A stretch of 64,000 nt of DNA, from assembly GCA_002104905.1 (NCBI GenBank), contig MCFE01000161.1, forward strand, positions 62,001 to 126,000. Reading direction: 5' to 3'. A program made the position numbers and the translations under genes. This document shows, piece by piece, positions 13,254 to 27,291 of the stretch. The DNA is from Basidiobolus meristosporus CBS 931.73 (lineage: Eukaryota > Fungi > Basidiobolomycota). Position 1 is the first letter of the stretch; every line of letters starts with the position of its first letter. Under the pieces are notes generated by a model. The model saw only the letters and a program-made list of their open reading frames with translations. It did not search any database and was not told the DNA's origin.

Positions 13254-14416
13254 TCATAGGAGTTCAGGATAGTGGCGCTCCACAACAGCATGATGTGATC
13301 TAGATAAGCCGCCAAGAGCATTTACTCCATATTGAGGATGCTGCAACAACTGATGCTGCTTAACGTCTGATATATAGGTTTGGCTTGATTCTACCATAAT
13401 ATCCTCTGGCACTTCGATATCGGGCACGTGTGCAGAAAGCGAGGGATTGAAAAAGAATGGAACCGAGAAACGGTCCTTACCCGATCGATTGTTGAGGACC
13501 CGATGGGTGGTTGCAATGAAACAACGTTTTGTCAACCGTTCAAAAGCCTCCCCAATGTTGACCACAAAGGTGTCAGGGATTGATGGAGCATCGAACCACT
13601 GACCTTCTTGAGTTTGTATTTGAAGACCTCCAACTTCATCTTGAAGGAGTATAGTTAGGAACCCGTAGTCCTTCAATAAAGAGGTCGTTAGTGTCAAAGT
13701 CAGAGTTGTATATATGTTGAAGCTTTTACCTTATGAGGTCCAACCCCTAGTCCATGGTTTTCAGGCTGATCAACAGGATCACCCATTGAAGGGTAACGTA
13801 CTACTTTCAGACGATAATATGGCTCCTCTCTGAAGGTTGGATCGAAGAAATCGGTTGGTAAACCCAGAATCTCGGAGATGGCTTGAATCAGGGTTAATGC
13901 AACACGCTCAGTTTCATTCATAAACTCGAGCACGGTGGGCTTGAAACTAGGTAGCAGGTTTTCATTAGGCCACTGGTTTGGTCCCGTAAGACGCAAGAAA
14001 AGTGGCGAGTTGCTGTCCAAGTCGCTTCGCACAGGCAGCTCAGAGCCAAAGTCGATTTGTTCGCGATTGTCCTGTTTATTGTCGGTGATTTCATGCTCTA
14101 TAAACGAAATTAGGTGCTTGTCCAATCGTTCAGCTGTCAAAATCTACTTACTCATGGCTGTGTAACCCCTAAATTGTGGGCTGTTTTCCATTTTTAGCGA
14201 CTGTTTCTCCTCAATTGGCAAGTTGAAGAACTCTTTGGTTTGCTGTAGAATCCCTGCCATCAACTCCGGGGAAACAGCATGATTCTTGACATAGAAGAAG
14301 CCCACATGGATAAGAGCGTGACGAAGAGATTGAAGGAATAATCGCTTCTTATTTAGATCGGAAGAAACCCAGAGGGACAGGTCTAGGACTGGGATGAGCT
14401 CGTTGGTAACAGTCAT
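13254..14416 (-). CDS. 2-oxoglutarate/Fe(II)-dependent oxygenase, isopenicillin-N-synthase-like (DIOX_N + 2OG-FeII_Oxy)
   Basis: IPVLDLS, GFFYVKNH and FRGY in exon 1; HKD (HxD) across intron 2; distal His in ATTHRV; RFS (RxS). Three exons with canonical introns. Confidence 0.92.
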
Positions 14417-14879
14417 GCTGAATTGAAATGGTCAATGAATAATATCGGGGAATCTGTGTGGCCGGCTGAGCTTTATATTTTAGCGCTACCTCGAGTTTCC
14501 CACGATGGAGCTTATTGACAAATAATCTGGTTATATGGTGTCATCCATCTTGAAATCCATTTATTTGCATTTTAGGGGTTTCTGAGAGTTCCATGCGACA
14601 AAGCAGCTAGCTAAAAGGTATCAGCCATGCCTAATGGAGCCAATCAAGTAGACTGATCAAAGAGATTGCGTAAAATAGGGCCTTTGCCATAAATTGATCA
14701 TGTAGTTTTATGGCTTTGATTGGTAAGTAGCAATTAGTAATATTTTACTTCTGGCATCTTCATGCTGTATGCAATAGCCTTGAGGATGGTGTGCGGTCTT
14801 CGTGAGCTGTTATGGAAAAGAATCTCAAGAGTTATTAACCATGCTCCCACGAATATGGTACAAACAGAAACCCCTCTGT

Positions 14880-15300
14880 AACCTGGGTTTCTAGACTTTC
14901 TCATGACTGCTTTTCATGGGAACCTGGTGGTGGGATTGGTAATAGAAATTAATAGTTAATGATCCGAAGTGCCTCTTTGTATTCTGTTCTGAGAGATTTC
15001 CTTGTTTAATGCCATATATACTAACCACACGTACGAATATTTCTAGCACTTGAGAGTGGCAAAGCCACCAGCATAATTTAAGAACAGGCCATTCCTACAC
15101 CGTCAACATGTCAAGTGCGCCTTATGGCCCATGCCAAGCTTGTGGGAACATTACGAAAATGATTCTGATTCATTGAGCACAACTGTGTTTCTAATGTACT
15201 GATCAAGTCATAAGGAAACCCGACTGATAGGCCGTATAGACCAGATGCTAGAATGTTATCCTCCACACGAACGAATGGCGTGTGATGATGCAAACCTTTC
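14880..15300 (-). pseudogene. Possible decayed mitochondrial-carrier gene fragment
   Basis: GLYGLSVGFPYDLISTL..TSLAWAIRRT*HVDGV..GLF resembles a carrier repeat (G..PxDxxKT..I.R.EG..GL); SITNP lies further downstream. Stops and frameshifts present; weak. Confidence 0.3.
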
Positions 15301-17533
15301 ACAAGTAAATACTGATTATGCTGAACTTGAGTTCACTGTTCAAACGATAAGAACAATGCTTTTGTTTAGTGGCAGAGCTATGATGTGAAGCCTTGTAGTA
15401 TTTATGTGAATTGCCATATATAACCACATAGGATTGTGTAGCGGAGCTTTAAGGTTGTTATTGTCATTCCAAACCGCTTGGATCACAATTACTAAGTTAG
15501 GGGTGTAAAACTATCGAATATTATCTAAATACACCTAATTACCTTGAATTACTTAAATATAATCAAAAATATTATATCCTACTTGGTGCGTAGAGTGCAT
15601 TAGGAGACCAGAATATATATCTTATGTGCGGGTTTCTACAAATTACAAGAACTATTAGGCTCAATACCACCCTAGTATGATCTTAATCCAAAAAATAGCC
15701 AGCCTCTGCTCTGGCTATCCTTTATGATATATTTTTACCAACTCTATCTGTGGTACGAACAATGGCTGTATATGTACCCAATTTCACCGAAATATATTCT
15801 GAATACATCTCCGCTTAACTGCACGAGGATATACATTTGCTAATTAAGCATGGCTATACTGTAGCAAATAGAGTTGGGGGCTTCAATGTAATGTTAAATA
15901 ATTAGAAGCGTAATCTTCGTTTACGGAGTAAGACAAATATTCTTTTTTCATGTTTTGGTACGGACCATTTTAGAGATTAATGCCACCAAATCTACACATA
16001 GCATGAGTCTTCCTCAATACATCTATATCTCTAATTTCATGCATTTATACCAAGGCATCTATATTCCAATGCCATAAATAAACAAGTGAACATTACCCTT
16101 TTAAGCACTTCAGAAAATGTTTAGTTTTCCAAAATTTCTCATCATACAGAAAATCTCTTTAATAATTCTATTTCAGCTAGTTTTACATTGTGGATGATTA
16201 AATATGAGCCATGACTTGAGTCATTTTCTAACTTTGGATTCAATCCCCATTGATTTCAAGAGCAAAGGACTATACTTGAATTCGTATAATTAGCACGTAG
16301 GTATAGTGGCAGAGCGCACTTGGTGTGCGCTTTGTTTCGATATGGTAAAACGCCTGCAACACTACATTATCACGACTTTGATGACGATTTCCGGGGTGGT
16401 TTGAGTGGTTATAAAAAGTCATATTACGCTTAGAAAGCTACAGTCTTGTCAAAAGCATAGACACAATAGAATAAAGTGAATATCTTACTAAACTCCTACA
16501 CCTCGATATTCCCTCTTGGCATAGATTAGGAAGAATTAAATTATTGGGACAAAAGTGAATGATACATGCCAAATTCATGCAAATAACCGGTAAATGCAAT
16601 ATCCACCTGGTTGCTATGCGATATTGGGAAGTCAGGTGGCCCGAATTTGCACAGATCTTTCCATGACTTTGTACAACCTGTGCTAGTAACTCTGAATATA
16701 AAAAAGATTTGTTTTTGTTCAAAACGCCAAGTGAAATATGCTACAAAATTGCACCCAATTCAGAATGATTTGCAACTGTGGAGTGTATGGACGATTAGAT
16801 GAAGGGCCTGAGCACAAGTATTGATTGTCGGATCAACAGTTATGTAATGATAACCCAACAAACGCCATTCTAAAATTAAAGCGTGTAGTCTAAACATTTT
16901 TCGAGTTGAATGTAGTGGTGCTTTGTTGTGTAGGGTCAGTAATAAAACCTGTCCAAAATTTGAGGAGACATCGAGTAGTTTCTAGCTGCTGGAGAGATTC
17001 GGTATATTGTAGATCCAGTAATTCGATGTTAGGTAAGCTTGGTGTTTACGTTAGTAAAAGGATGAGCACTTTTGGTCTAACAATATTTAGATATGCCACG
17101 ATGATACTAGATTGGATTGACTATACGTTCCATCACACTTGGTTATCAATGCTTTTGTCACACTTTCACCAACGAAGGTTTATAGATGGAGCTTTAGAAA
17201 AATGCTAGACACGTTTTGTAAGACTATAGTAGCTTCCCAATATGCATCGCTATCTGAATTGCCAACGAAAGAAGCCCGCATGCTATAAGCTAACTCTACA
17301 TGTTACCTGAAATGATTCATACTTTTCGACTGTCAGGAAACGGCTTCATTACTAATCTACCAAAAGCAAATCAAAGATCCACATACTGCGGAGGTAGATG
17401 TAGATGATGTTGAGTTACAATCTATGACGTATCTTGAGTTATCTCGTTTCACATTAACCATATCTAATTATTAATTCACCGACGGAGTATAAAAGAAGCC
17501 GTAAAAGTTTACCTCAGCAAACAAGACATACAA

Positions 17534-17995
17534 ATGCAGCCATTAAACTTGATAAGTAACATTACCTTTATGGTAGTACTCCTAGACCGAGTCGGCCATA
17601 CAGATGCAGTTGGCTTGGATGATTCACTGCCAAAACATCGCCTTTCGTCAGACGAACCCGGCAAGCCAACTTCCACGACCACATTGGTGTTCGTAGTTAT
17701 TGCCGTTCTACTCCTCCTACTGTTAGTGGTGTTTCTACTTTGCCGACAAAAGCTGTGCAAACGAAAGAAATCTCGCGAACTGAGTCGTCGAGTGAAGCTT
17801 GCCTTGAAGAATATCACAGTTGGAGACTCTCAATCAGATGAATTACCTTTCTATTCTATTAACAGCTCCCAGGAAAAGCTCCCACTTCCCATCATCGATA
17901 CTATTTCCAATAGAATGAGTGTGGCCTACCTAACTACAGACGGCACTGAGATTTCCACCTATGTCTCTCCACCACCACCATGTTATACTCCCTAG
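17534..17995 (+). CDS. Single-pass membrane protein with C-terminal PPxY motif (paralog A)
   Basis: Intact 153-aa ORF with a hydrophobic stretch LVFVVIAVLLLLLLVVFLL followed by a basic stop-transfer segment; ends PPPPCYTP. Clear similarity to the ORF at 18967-19425. Confidence 0.75.
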   Translation: MQPLNLISNITFMVVLLDRVGHTDAVGLDDSLPKHRLSSDEPGKPTSTTTLVFVVIAVLLLLLLVVFLLCRQKLCKRKKSRELSRRVKLALKNITVGDSQSDELPFYSINSSQEKLPLPIIDTISNRMSVAYLTTDGTEISTYVSPPPPCYTP

Positions 17996-18132
17996 AAGGA
18001 AGGGGCATCGGTCAAGTGTTATTGTCATTTAAAACTTTGCCGTACCTATCATGTAGATATGTAAAATTGAGCTTTACTACTTTTGGAAGTTCGTGAAATA
18101 ATATTTCGATTTAAACATCAGTGCCTGCGTCT

Positions 18133-18330
18133 CTATACCTGATTTTCTATAGTTGTCAGTACCACTCTCAAGTGTTCAGTGGCGTTAAATTCCTGCACGA
18201 AACCCGAAAAAAATATAGATAAGGCTAAACTATAGCCAAGCAAAGGTGACAAGCAGCCTTGGACTCCAAACTTAATATACTCGAAACTGTTGGCATACTT
18301 ACTAGACATTGCAATATACTTGAGCACAGA
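18133..18330 (-). mobile_element. LINE RT domain-4 fragment between the paralog pair
   Basis: NSFEYIKFGVQGCLSPLLGYSLAL resembles GVRQGCPLSPLLF.LAL. Confidence 0.4.
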
Positions 18331-18966
18331 ATGTGTTCAAGTGCATGGTTGAGTCATAAAACCGCTAAAAATACTTGAGACCATTTAGGGCAATTGAATA
18401 TCACTGAGACGCCAATAACTGAACATTGACGTATTGAATGGGGCAAAGCAGGGTCAGATAGACAGAGGGATTATGAGATTCTACAGAGATTTTTGAATCG
18501 CTAGCAAGTGAGTGGTTTGGGGCCTCATTGAAACTGAAACTATCCTTACGGTTGCCACCACCTAACACCAGACCCCAAATTCAGCCTCTTTACTGCGGAG
18601 GTTCAAACCGTCTCACTAATACAAATGACAAGTTACAACTCATCGTGCCAATCAATAGGATCAGAATCTCATACATCGTGAGCCATTGATGCTAGGTGAA
18701 ATCGAGATTCGAGGATTGTTATAGTAACATTTTAGCTTACAAGCAAGAGCTGGTGTGCGATACAGATTTACCTGGCCAATCTAACTTACCCAAATATGGT
18801 CAAGGAAGTGGATACTTGTGTAATCGGTGGTCAAACATTTATGTACCCTGTATATTTATCATTTATTCTCTGTTGTTTAATGTAAAAATGCATCAAAAAA
18901 GTATGTATTAAGAAATTGCAAAAGCTTGGCCGCCACACCATATGGAAATTTCAGCTGGCTCCTCCT

Positions 18967-19425
18967 TCATCTGGTGTAGCTGGGCGACGGTTGAGATATC
19001 AACGTTGGAGATTCATGGGTACCAGTTGCTGAGATTTTGTCGATATGATTCGTGATAGCATCAACAACAGGAGGTGGTAATTTTTCCTGAGAGTTATAAG
19101 CAGTATAGAACGGTAATACTTCTGTCGAAGAGCGCTCTCTGCTGAGATTTTGTAAAGTCAACTCAACTCTGCGATTTTGTTCGCGAGATTGTTGTCGTCT
19201 GCTCCATAGATGCCTACCGACCACAAACAATACCAACAGAACCATCAGGAGCACACCTACCAGCACCAGAATCAAAGAGGATGTAGAGATTCCGCCTTTT
19301 GAAGAACTCGTTACGGAACTTTGGTTAGATTGAGAATTTACTTGAGATACTGCTTCAATTAGACCCATTTGATTGAACATCAGTGCTACCATGGTCGTAT
19401 TGTCGATTTTACTTTTTGGCTGCAT
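18967..19425 (-). CDS. Single-pass membrane protein (paralog B)
   Basis: ATG at 19425 gives MQP.., the same start as paralog A. TM segment LILVLVGVLLMVLLVLFVV; shared blocks SRE..RRV.L.L.N and LPFY...SQEKLP.P..D.I.N; ends PSPSYTR. Confidence 0.75.
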   Translation of the reverse strand: MQPKSKIDNTTMVALMFNQMGLIEAVSQVNSQSNQSSVTSSSKGGISTSSLILVLVGVLLMVLLVLFVVGRHLWSRRQQSREQNRRVELTLQNLSRERSSTEVLPFYTAYNSQEKLPPPVVDAITNHIDKISATGTHESPTLISQPSPSYTR

Positions 19426-19961
19426 GTATGGTATCTTGTCTAGACGGATCAGCAAGTTGCTTTTATATTACAGTGCCATCGATTAGATTAGTAAGACAGA
19501 TGCGTACAAGTAGTACCAACAGACTGTGCTCAAGATACGTCATATGTATTATAAGAGTGTATACAATCCTAGGTCATCAGCACCACAACAGGCCTTAAGC
19601 CCCTTGGCTTTTATTCCGTAGTAATGTGGAGATGATTCAATAAAATTGGCAAATAGAATCGGGCGTACAAGGACTGAAATCAACATCTGGTAACAGTGAG
19701 TCCGTGTACAGTTATGCAGTGCCAGCCGATCTGAAAAGAGCAAGTTACCGACCTGAGCCGGAACTAGTAATTAAATACCATGCCCTTTATAGATTGATGA
19801 TTTTAAGAAGTTTGAGTAAGGGTGTCAATACACTCTTCCACCTTCATCTCGCCTCCATAATGAGTTGGGCTTGTTTATATGCGAAGGCAAATGATTGATA
19901 TTAGTAGGGCTGAGTAAAGACTGGATTTAGATAGTCATCACTCAGCCACGCCGCACTATAT

Positions 19962-20683
19962 ATGAGGCACAGATACGGCAGAGTTAGCAACTACGAATTA
20001 AAGACTACGATTTCAGGGCGAATGGTCATGGAGGAATCTCATAATGGTGAACAACAATTCTATACGCCTTCTGGGTCAAGTATACCTCCTCAGGAATACT
20101 ATGTTGCGCAAGGCAGCTCGGCAACTAACCGGCCTAGTAGCCCAACTCTATTTAAAAAAGTTGGCTATCTCGTATTGTGTTTTCAACTAGTACGTAAAAA
20201 TATCGTCAGCTTCCGAAGGAGCCCCATGAACACTAACTACGTTAGCTGCTAGGTGTCTAGTGGAGTGATTGTTGGTCTGCTTGTCCGCCGTTTCCTGCTG
20301 CAAAGGTCCGCAATTTCAGCAAATGCAATCCTAATGACTCAAGAAATATGGTTGCCACTTGGAATAGCTGGATTGAGATTTATAACGGCATTGATTGGTA
20401 TGCTTGGTTTATATAGAACTAGCTACCGGCTGATGGGAGTGGTTCTGTTGTGCATGGTATTCGTCATTATTGGTATGCTCAGCCACCTAATTTTGTCGGC
20501 TGTTGAGCACCAATTTTCTTTTGTGTGGATACCAGCTATAGGGGTTAGTTACTCAGCTTTTGGACAGTGCACATTCGTATACTAACTAAATATACATAGG
20601 CTATACTCGACATGTACTTCTATGTCATGTACTATCGCTACTTTCGAATTTTTCGCAAAGCCAAGTATATTCTGGTGTATTGA
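19962..20683 (+). CDS. Small multi-pass (about 4 TM) membrane protein of unknown function, spliced; start uncertain (19962/20022/20028)
   Basis: Introns near 20160-20252 and 20544-20617 (cactaac/tactaac branch sites) join the hydrophobic exon to AILDMYFYVMYYRYFRIFRKAKYILVY* (stop 20681-20683). Confidence 0.6.
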
Positions 20684-21127
20684 TTCCATAATTAGACTAG
20701 CATCAAACCATTCTACTATGTGCAGTATTACATGCAGCTTGTATTCTACAATGTGTTTCAGCAATTATATATTCCACAACGTACTCAACATTAAACTGAC
20801 CAATCATTCATATATGCAGTAATCTATCATTTCTAGGATATCTGACTTGGGGTAACCTAGTAGAATTATCTTGGCAAAATCTTGGGCCGAGAGAACTGGA
20901 AATAAAAGTACCATGATGGGGAAGAAAAGCATGTCCTGAATAACAGATATGATACGGTTTAGAGGGATACTCCACACGGATTAGCTTGGCTTTTAATCAA
21001 TACAATTATAGAAACGGGGTAATCGTGTTGACCGTTGTCAAGGTGCAGTTTTCGATAACAAAAAAATTCACATTGTAAAAGGGAAGAAAGCGACTATACC
21101 AGGTTCATGAACAATCTCTATATTTAA

Positions 21128-23260
21128 TCAAGCCAATTTACGGGCATGTGCCTCGGACTCATAAATCACCATACGCCACAGCTTCATCACAAACACTGGC
21201 GCCTCGTCGTCTAAGGCCTAACTCAAATTGCTTAGCGAAGTGAACAGTCCAAAAGTAGATTGAATCAACTTTACCATCGCTAGCTCGTCTACTAATGCTT
21301 GTGGGGGATTATGCTTACGAACGTGCTCTGTGACAAAAGTCACCAGCTCTTTCTCCTCAACCCCGAGGTATTCGACAATTTTTTTGGCGACAAACGGTTG
21401 GATCTTAGTCTTGAGCACCGACTATAGAGAGGAATCATTAAGATTGGACTAAATGGTACGAAATCAAATCTAACTTACGTCTGTGATATAATCCCATTTC
21501 ATATTCCAATTCCAGAGTCCTTCTTTATCGGCTGGAATCTCTTTCACTAGTTCTTTTATCTTGTGCTTTTTGCGTAGTGCCTTTGTTTCATCATCCTCAT
21601 CATCGCTATATTCCAATGGCACTAATATACGTTTACGCTTCTTTCCTTCGCTTTCCTCATCAGAGGATCCATTGCCATCATTGTTTGCGACAGGCGCAAC
21701 CGTGCTCTTTTTTGTGCTGAGGCTTAGCTTGAGCTTAGTATGCTCTCGCGTAGACGATAGTTCAGTATTATCTAGAGTTTGATCAGAGTTTAAGATCGAT
21801 TTAAACACGAAGTTAAAGTGTGAAATTTACCAGGGTGGTTTGAGCCGTTCGAGGTAATACTTTCTTGAAGTAGACGGATTTCCTCGGCTTTCTTAGCAGC
21901 AGCTGCTGCTGCCGCTGCCTCTGCTTCTGCGGCCTTGATCTTTTCTTGCTCCAGTTTTCTGTCACGTTCATCTTGTTCCAACTCTCTCTCCCGGTCCGCT
22001 TGACGATGTCGCCACCACCTGGCCCTGTCTCGATAATACTCTTCTTCGCCCAATTCTTCTTCTTCATCGTCTTTCCATTCCCGAAGTCTCTTCTCCATAA
22101 AATCTCTCTCGCGTATGCGTCTCTCTTCTCTTTCCCGGTCACTCGTAGCATTCCGTTCGTACATCTTTGCTCTGGATATTTCGTGATTTTCCCAACGCTT
22201 CTCACGCTCGCGATACGCCATTTCCATTTCTCGCCGGCGTTTCTCCGCTCTCCTCTCCTCTTCTGCTTCTTCTTCTGAGGAAGTCGGACTTCTCTCTCTT
22301 CGATCGTGCCTTTGATCACGACTATGACTGCGGTCATCGTGATGGGAGGATCTATTCTTAGTAGAATTTCCAGTCTTGGCACTTGGTTCGGCGGTGTCTT
22401 GATTCTGCTCAGAGGTAGCTTCTGAGCCCAAAAGGGCTTCTAACATAGATTCAATAACCTTTTGTATTTCCTGGCGCGTTTGAAGGTCGTCCTGGGAATC
22501 ATTCTATAGAATGGAGTCACGATATCAGTACCTGTGCCTAGAATAGGGCCTGTAAAAGGAAAATGGTTCAACAACATACCGATGAATTCCGAGTGGCCTC
22601 GAATTGATCCAAGTATTGTCTCGTTTTATCATCGGCTTTCAGCTATACAAAAATCCAGTAAACATGGCTGTGTGGTTACCTATATCTAGAAAGTGAAATA
22701 CCAATAGTTTCTTCGGGATACCTCCTTCTGCTATACTTGGTATGTTCATGGCCGACTCGGGGTCCTGCCCTTCTCCGCCAAGGACACGTAAAGCTCTTAA
22801 TATCCCCTCAGCATCGGCATATTCACAGAATCCAAACCCTTTAGGATTCCCTGATGGGTCTTTCAACCGATTCCATTTTACCACCGTACCACATGTCTAA
22901 GCGAGGGGTAATGGTCTATTAGAGAAGAAAACGCCTGGGATTCAATATTAATAATACCTGTAGTATTTTTTCAAGCCAGTCGTCAGGGATGCCTTGAGGT
23001 ATCTTTCCCACAAAAAGGGTGGTTAGCTTATCATTATTAGGCGGAGGTGCAGCTCCCATAGGTGGAACTTGTGGGACTGGTGCTCCCGGAAAACCCATCG
23101 GTCTGATCATCGGCCTCATCATTGGTTGAGCACCGGGAACTACGCCCCCTTGGGGATATCCTGTAGGGGGTGCCATTCCTGGTGGCATTTGATGGTACAT
23201 ATTTGGAGGAACTGCACCAGAAGAGGGTGGTCCATAAGGACTGGGCTGATTTGTGGGCAT
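21128..23260 (-). CDS. RBM25: RBM25/Snu71-like U1 snRNP-associated splicing factor (Pro-rich, RRM, RE-rich, PWI)
   Basis: RRM TTLFVGKIP..PKGFGFCEYAD; long RE/RD tract; PWI domain PFVAKKIVEYLGVEE..ALDDEAPVFVMKLWRMVIYE; stop at 21128-21130. Confidence 0.92.
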
Positions 23261-23863
23261 GTAGGCTTCTAAGAACGAAGTTTAGTCAATGGAAATTAAA
23301 AATTGATTGTGCCATCAATTTTAACTATTAACGATCTCCGCAGAAAGGAGAACAGCGATGGCATATTATGATTACTTACGATAGCCTGGTGGCCGATAAG
23401 GATCCATTTCCGCTAAAAAAACTTGGAAGATCGAATACAAGGAGAGGTATTGTCAAATTTAACGTTCAACTCCCAATAGGATGTTTGATCAGTTTGAAGT
23501 TGAAGATGGCTGTTGATACACGTAGGCGAAAACGAAGTATGCGTAAATAATAAGCACGTTTTCGTTTAAGGTACTATGGAAACTAGTAGTATTCGCTTTG
23601 CCGTGTTGTGAGAAGTTTCCAACTGCTGGAATAGTTTCGTAAAATCTGAGCTTTTACTTCATTACCTTGATTTGATGATGAATAGATGGTATTTTGAATG
23701 GAAATGGAAAAACGGCCTTGGATTCACGTGATTTCGAGGTACCATAAAATTAGATCTGATACATTTTAAACAGTGTAGCGATGCAAATGACGTTTATTTT
23801 GTTCAAAATGCAGATGAGCAAATGGTATGGATGGAATGAATGTCATTTATACCCCGAACATAA

Positions 23864-25120
<1,257 letters not shown>

Positions 25121-25819
25121 TGTTAAAATTTACCCAAAGAGTTAACGATTCGTTTCCGCGACCAAATAGAATTTATCATCCTAACATATCAATGATTGGC
25201 TCTGGGAAAAAACAGCAGTAAAAGCAATCTGATTATCCTGCAATTCAATGATTTACCCCAAGCTGGTAACCAGTCCACTAATAGCTGACTCATATCTATG
25301 TGATGCGACAAAGTGATTATCAATCGTTTTTGCAACAACGTGTCCAACGGTTTCGGCTCACATCATTCATCAGATTTAGTCTAGATTGTATGCAACAATG
25401 ATCGTCATCAGTCAGAAGCATGATCGGTTTCGGCCTATGACACCTCATTTGAAAAATAACCACAAGAGCTCATCAATACTGACTGATGCGTGGTCGGAAC
25501 TGCGCATGCTGGTTGACTATGTCTCTGAACCCTAATCTCATTCCTCGAACCTGGTCTCTAATGCGAAAACACTCCTGCTGTATTGATTTAACAATGCCGC
25601 AAGGAATGGTATATAAAGCAACTAGGGATGAATCATCTCCAAATATTTCTTATTGCTGGATTGCTTCGAGCTCTCGCACTGAGCTCTTACCCACTCCACC
25701 CTTCCTAGTGTCCATCTAATACATAGAGGCCCTTGGGAACATTAAATGTTAAGTTCCTTGCCGAATTCAGCCGCGAATACTCTCTCTTTCAACAGTCACA
25801 ATCATCTGCAGAGTCCAAT

Positions 25820-27079
25820 ATGCTGACCTCGGCACCAGTATTCTCCAACGTCAACAGTCAGTATGGGTCTGTGTTTACAGCAGCGATCGCTGCCCACAGC
25901 ATCTCGATCATATGCTCAGCAATCGTCTTTCTGATATTAGTAGGTCTGAGGTATTACGACCGGCATCTGGTAGATCGGGTGTCATTGAGGTTGAACAAAT
26001 GGGTAGCATTAGTGGATATTGGCTACTGTAGTGCTCAGATACTAAACATTCAAAACAATAACGATACCGTCTGGTGCATACTCAGCGTCTGGCTTCTCAT
26101 ATGGTTCACGCTGCTATATCTATTTTTAAATACCATGATAGCATTTAATTTACAAATCGTTTTTGTCCATGGAAAGAGCAATACCTCGACCTACGTGAAA
26201 TATTATTACATGACGTCGCTGTTCCTATCCTTGCTGATCAGCATCACGCCCTTCTTTGGGCGCAAGTACGGTTTCTACTCTGTCTCTGGTACGTGTTGGT
26301 GGACGAACGGCTACACCTCAAAGACCATCTTATGGGAGTGGATGACCTACTTGGGCTGGATCGTTATCAGCGTCCTCTATTGCATCATCGCCATTAGTCT
26401 GGTGACCTACAAGTTAATCAAGGAGAGCCGACTGATCCGTGCACACATCCACCATACAGCTAACCAAGAACTTGGATCCGAATGGCAGGGAAAAACCAAC
26501 ATTGACAAGGATATTTTGAAGGCTGTACGTCGTATCATACTGTATCCAATGATTCCAATCTTCACGCAAGGCATCAACATTGTTCAGGAGATGGATATAT
26601 ACATTCACCGCCGAGCGAACTTCTCGCTGTTTTTTTTGGCTTACTTTGCCGGTTCATTGCAGGGCACATTAAACGCAATTGTTTTATTGTTCGATCCGGC
26701 AGTGGTCCATGCGTGGCAGCGAATTCGGGCTGACCTTACTGATCGCTATGTGCACTCTGTAACTTCGTCCGATTCCTTGGAAGTGGGTATCACTTCATGG
26801 AAGCCAAAAATACTCTTCTGGTGCATAACGAGATGCCTGCTTACTAATAACGCAAGCTCGGCTGAGAATCGGGCTTCTGAGCGTCCTTATTTGGTCCATT
26901 TAAATCAAGCTATCAACTCGGATATGAGCCTCTCCATAGCCGGTGCAGAGGAGCGCAGATATGACGTTTATTCGGTTAATCATCAAAACTCAGAAGCGAA
27001 TAAGGTTGAGATTTGCAGCGAACGGAAGAGCACAAGCCATTCCGAAAGATTTCCTAAAGACACTTCGTTGTACTTATAA
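25820..27079 (+). CDS. 7-TM G-protein-coupled receptor-like protein (cAMP-receptor-like/Git3-type)
   Basis: Intronless ORF with seven hydrophobic segments; DRVSLRL after TM1, CW in ECL2, RRIILYPMIPIFTQ in TM6 and QGTLNAIVLLFDP in TM7. First ATG is at 25820. Confidence 0.85.
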   Translation: MLTSAPVFSNVNSQYGSVFTAAIAAHSISIICSAIVFLILVGLRYYDRHLVDRVSLRLNKWVALVDIGYCSAQILNIQNNNDTVWCILSVWLLIWFTLLYLFLNTMIAFNLQIVFVHGKSNTSTYVKYYYMTSLFLSLLISITPFFGRKYGFYSVSGTCWWTNGYTSKTILWEWMTYLGWIVISVLYCIIAISLVTYKLIKESRLIRAHIHHTANQELGSEWQGKTNIDKDILKAVRRIILYPMIPIFTQGINIVQEMDIYIHRRANFSLFFLAYFAGSLQGTLNAIVLLFDPAVVHAWQRIRADLTDRYVHSVTSSDSLEVGITSWKPKILFWCITRCLLTNNASSAENRASERPYLVHLNQAINSDMSLSIAGAEERRYDVYSVNHQNSEANKVEICSERKSTSHSERFPKDTSLYL

Positions 27080-27291
27080 TTACATCTGCCATATACTTGT
27101 ACAGTCACTTCACATTACTCTATTCGTCGTTTGAGATGAACGCCTATTCCTCTGCCGACCTCTTTGATGACTTTCTCCACGGCTTAGATAAGATCGCATA
27201 CATCGGCGCCAAGTGCTAAATAAACGATACCTACTGGGGCTGGATGAGTGTGCTATAAATTTTATTCGATATTCATTAAAAGGGCCATGCA

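Noticed and set aside
16290-16345. tRNA-like A-box (gtatagtggcagagc) with hairpin agcgcac/gtgcgct
   Set aside because: No acceptor stem or proper T-arm/B-box could be formed. tRNAscan-SE would settle it.
16440-17050. LRR/F-box-like fragments on the minus strand (LPNIELLDLQY, IIHFCPN)
   Set aside because: Too short and low in information to support a pseudogene call.
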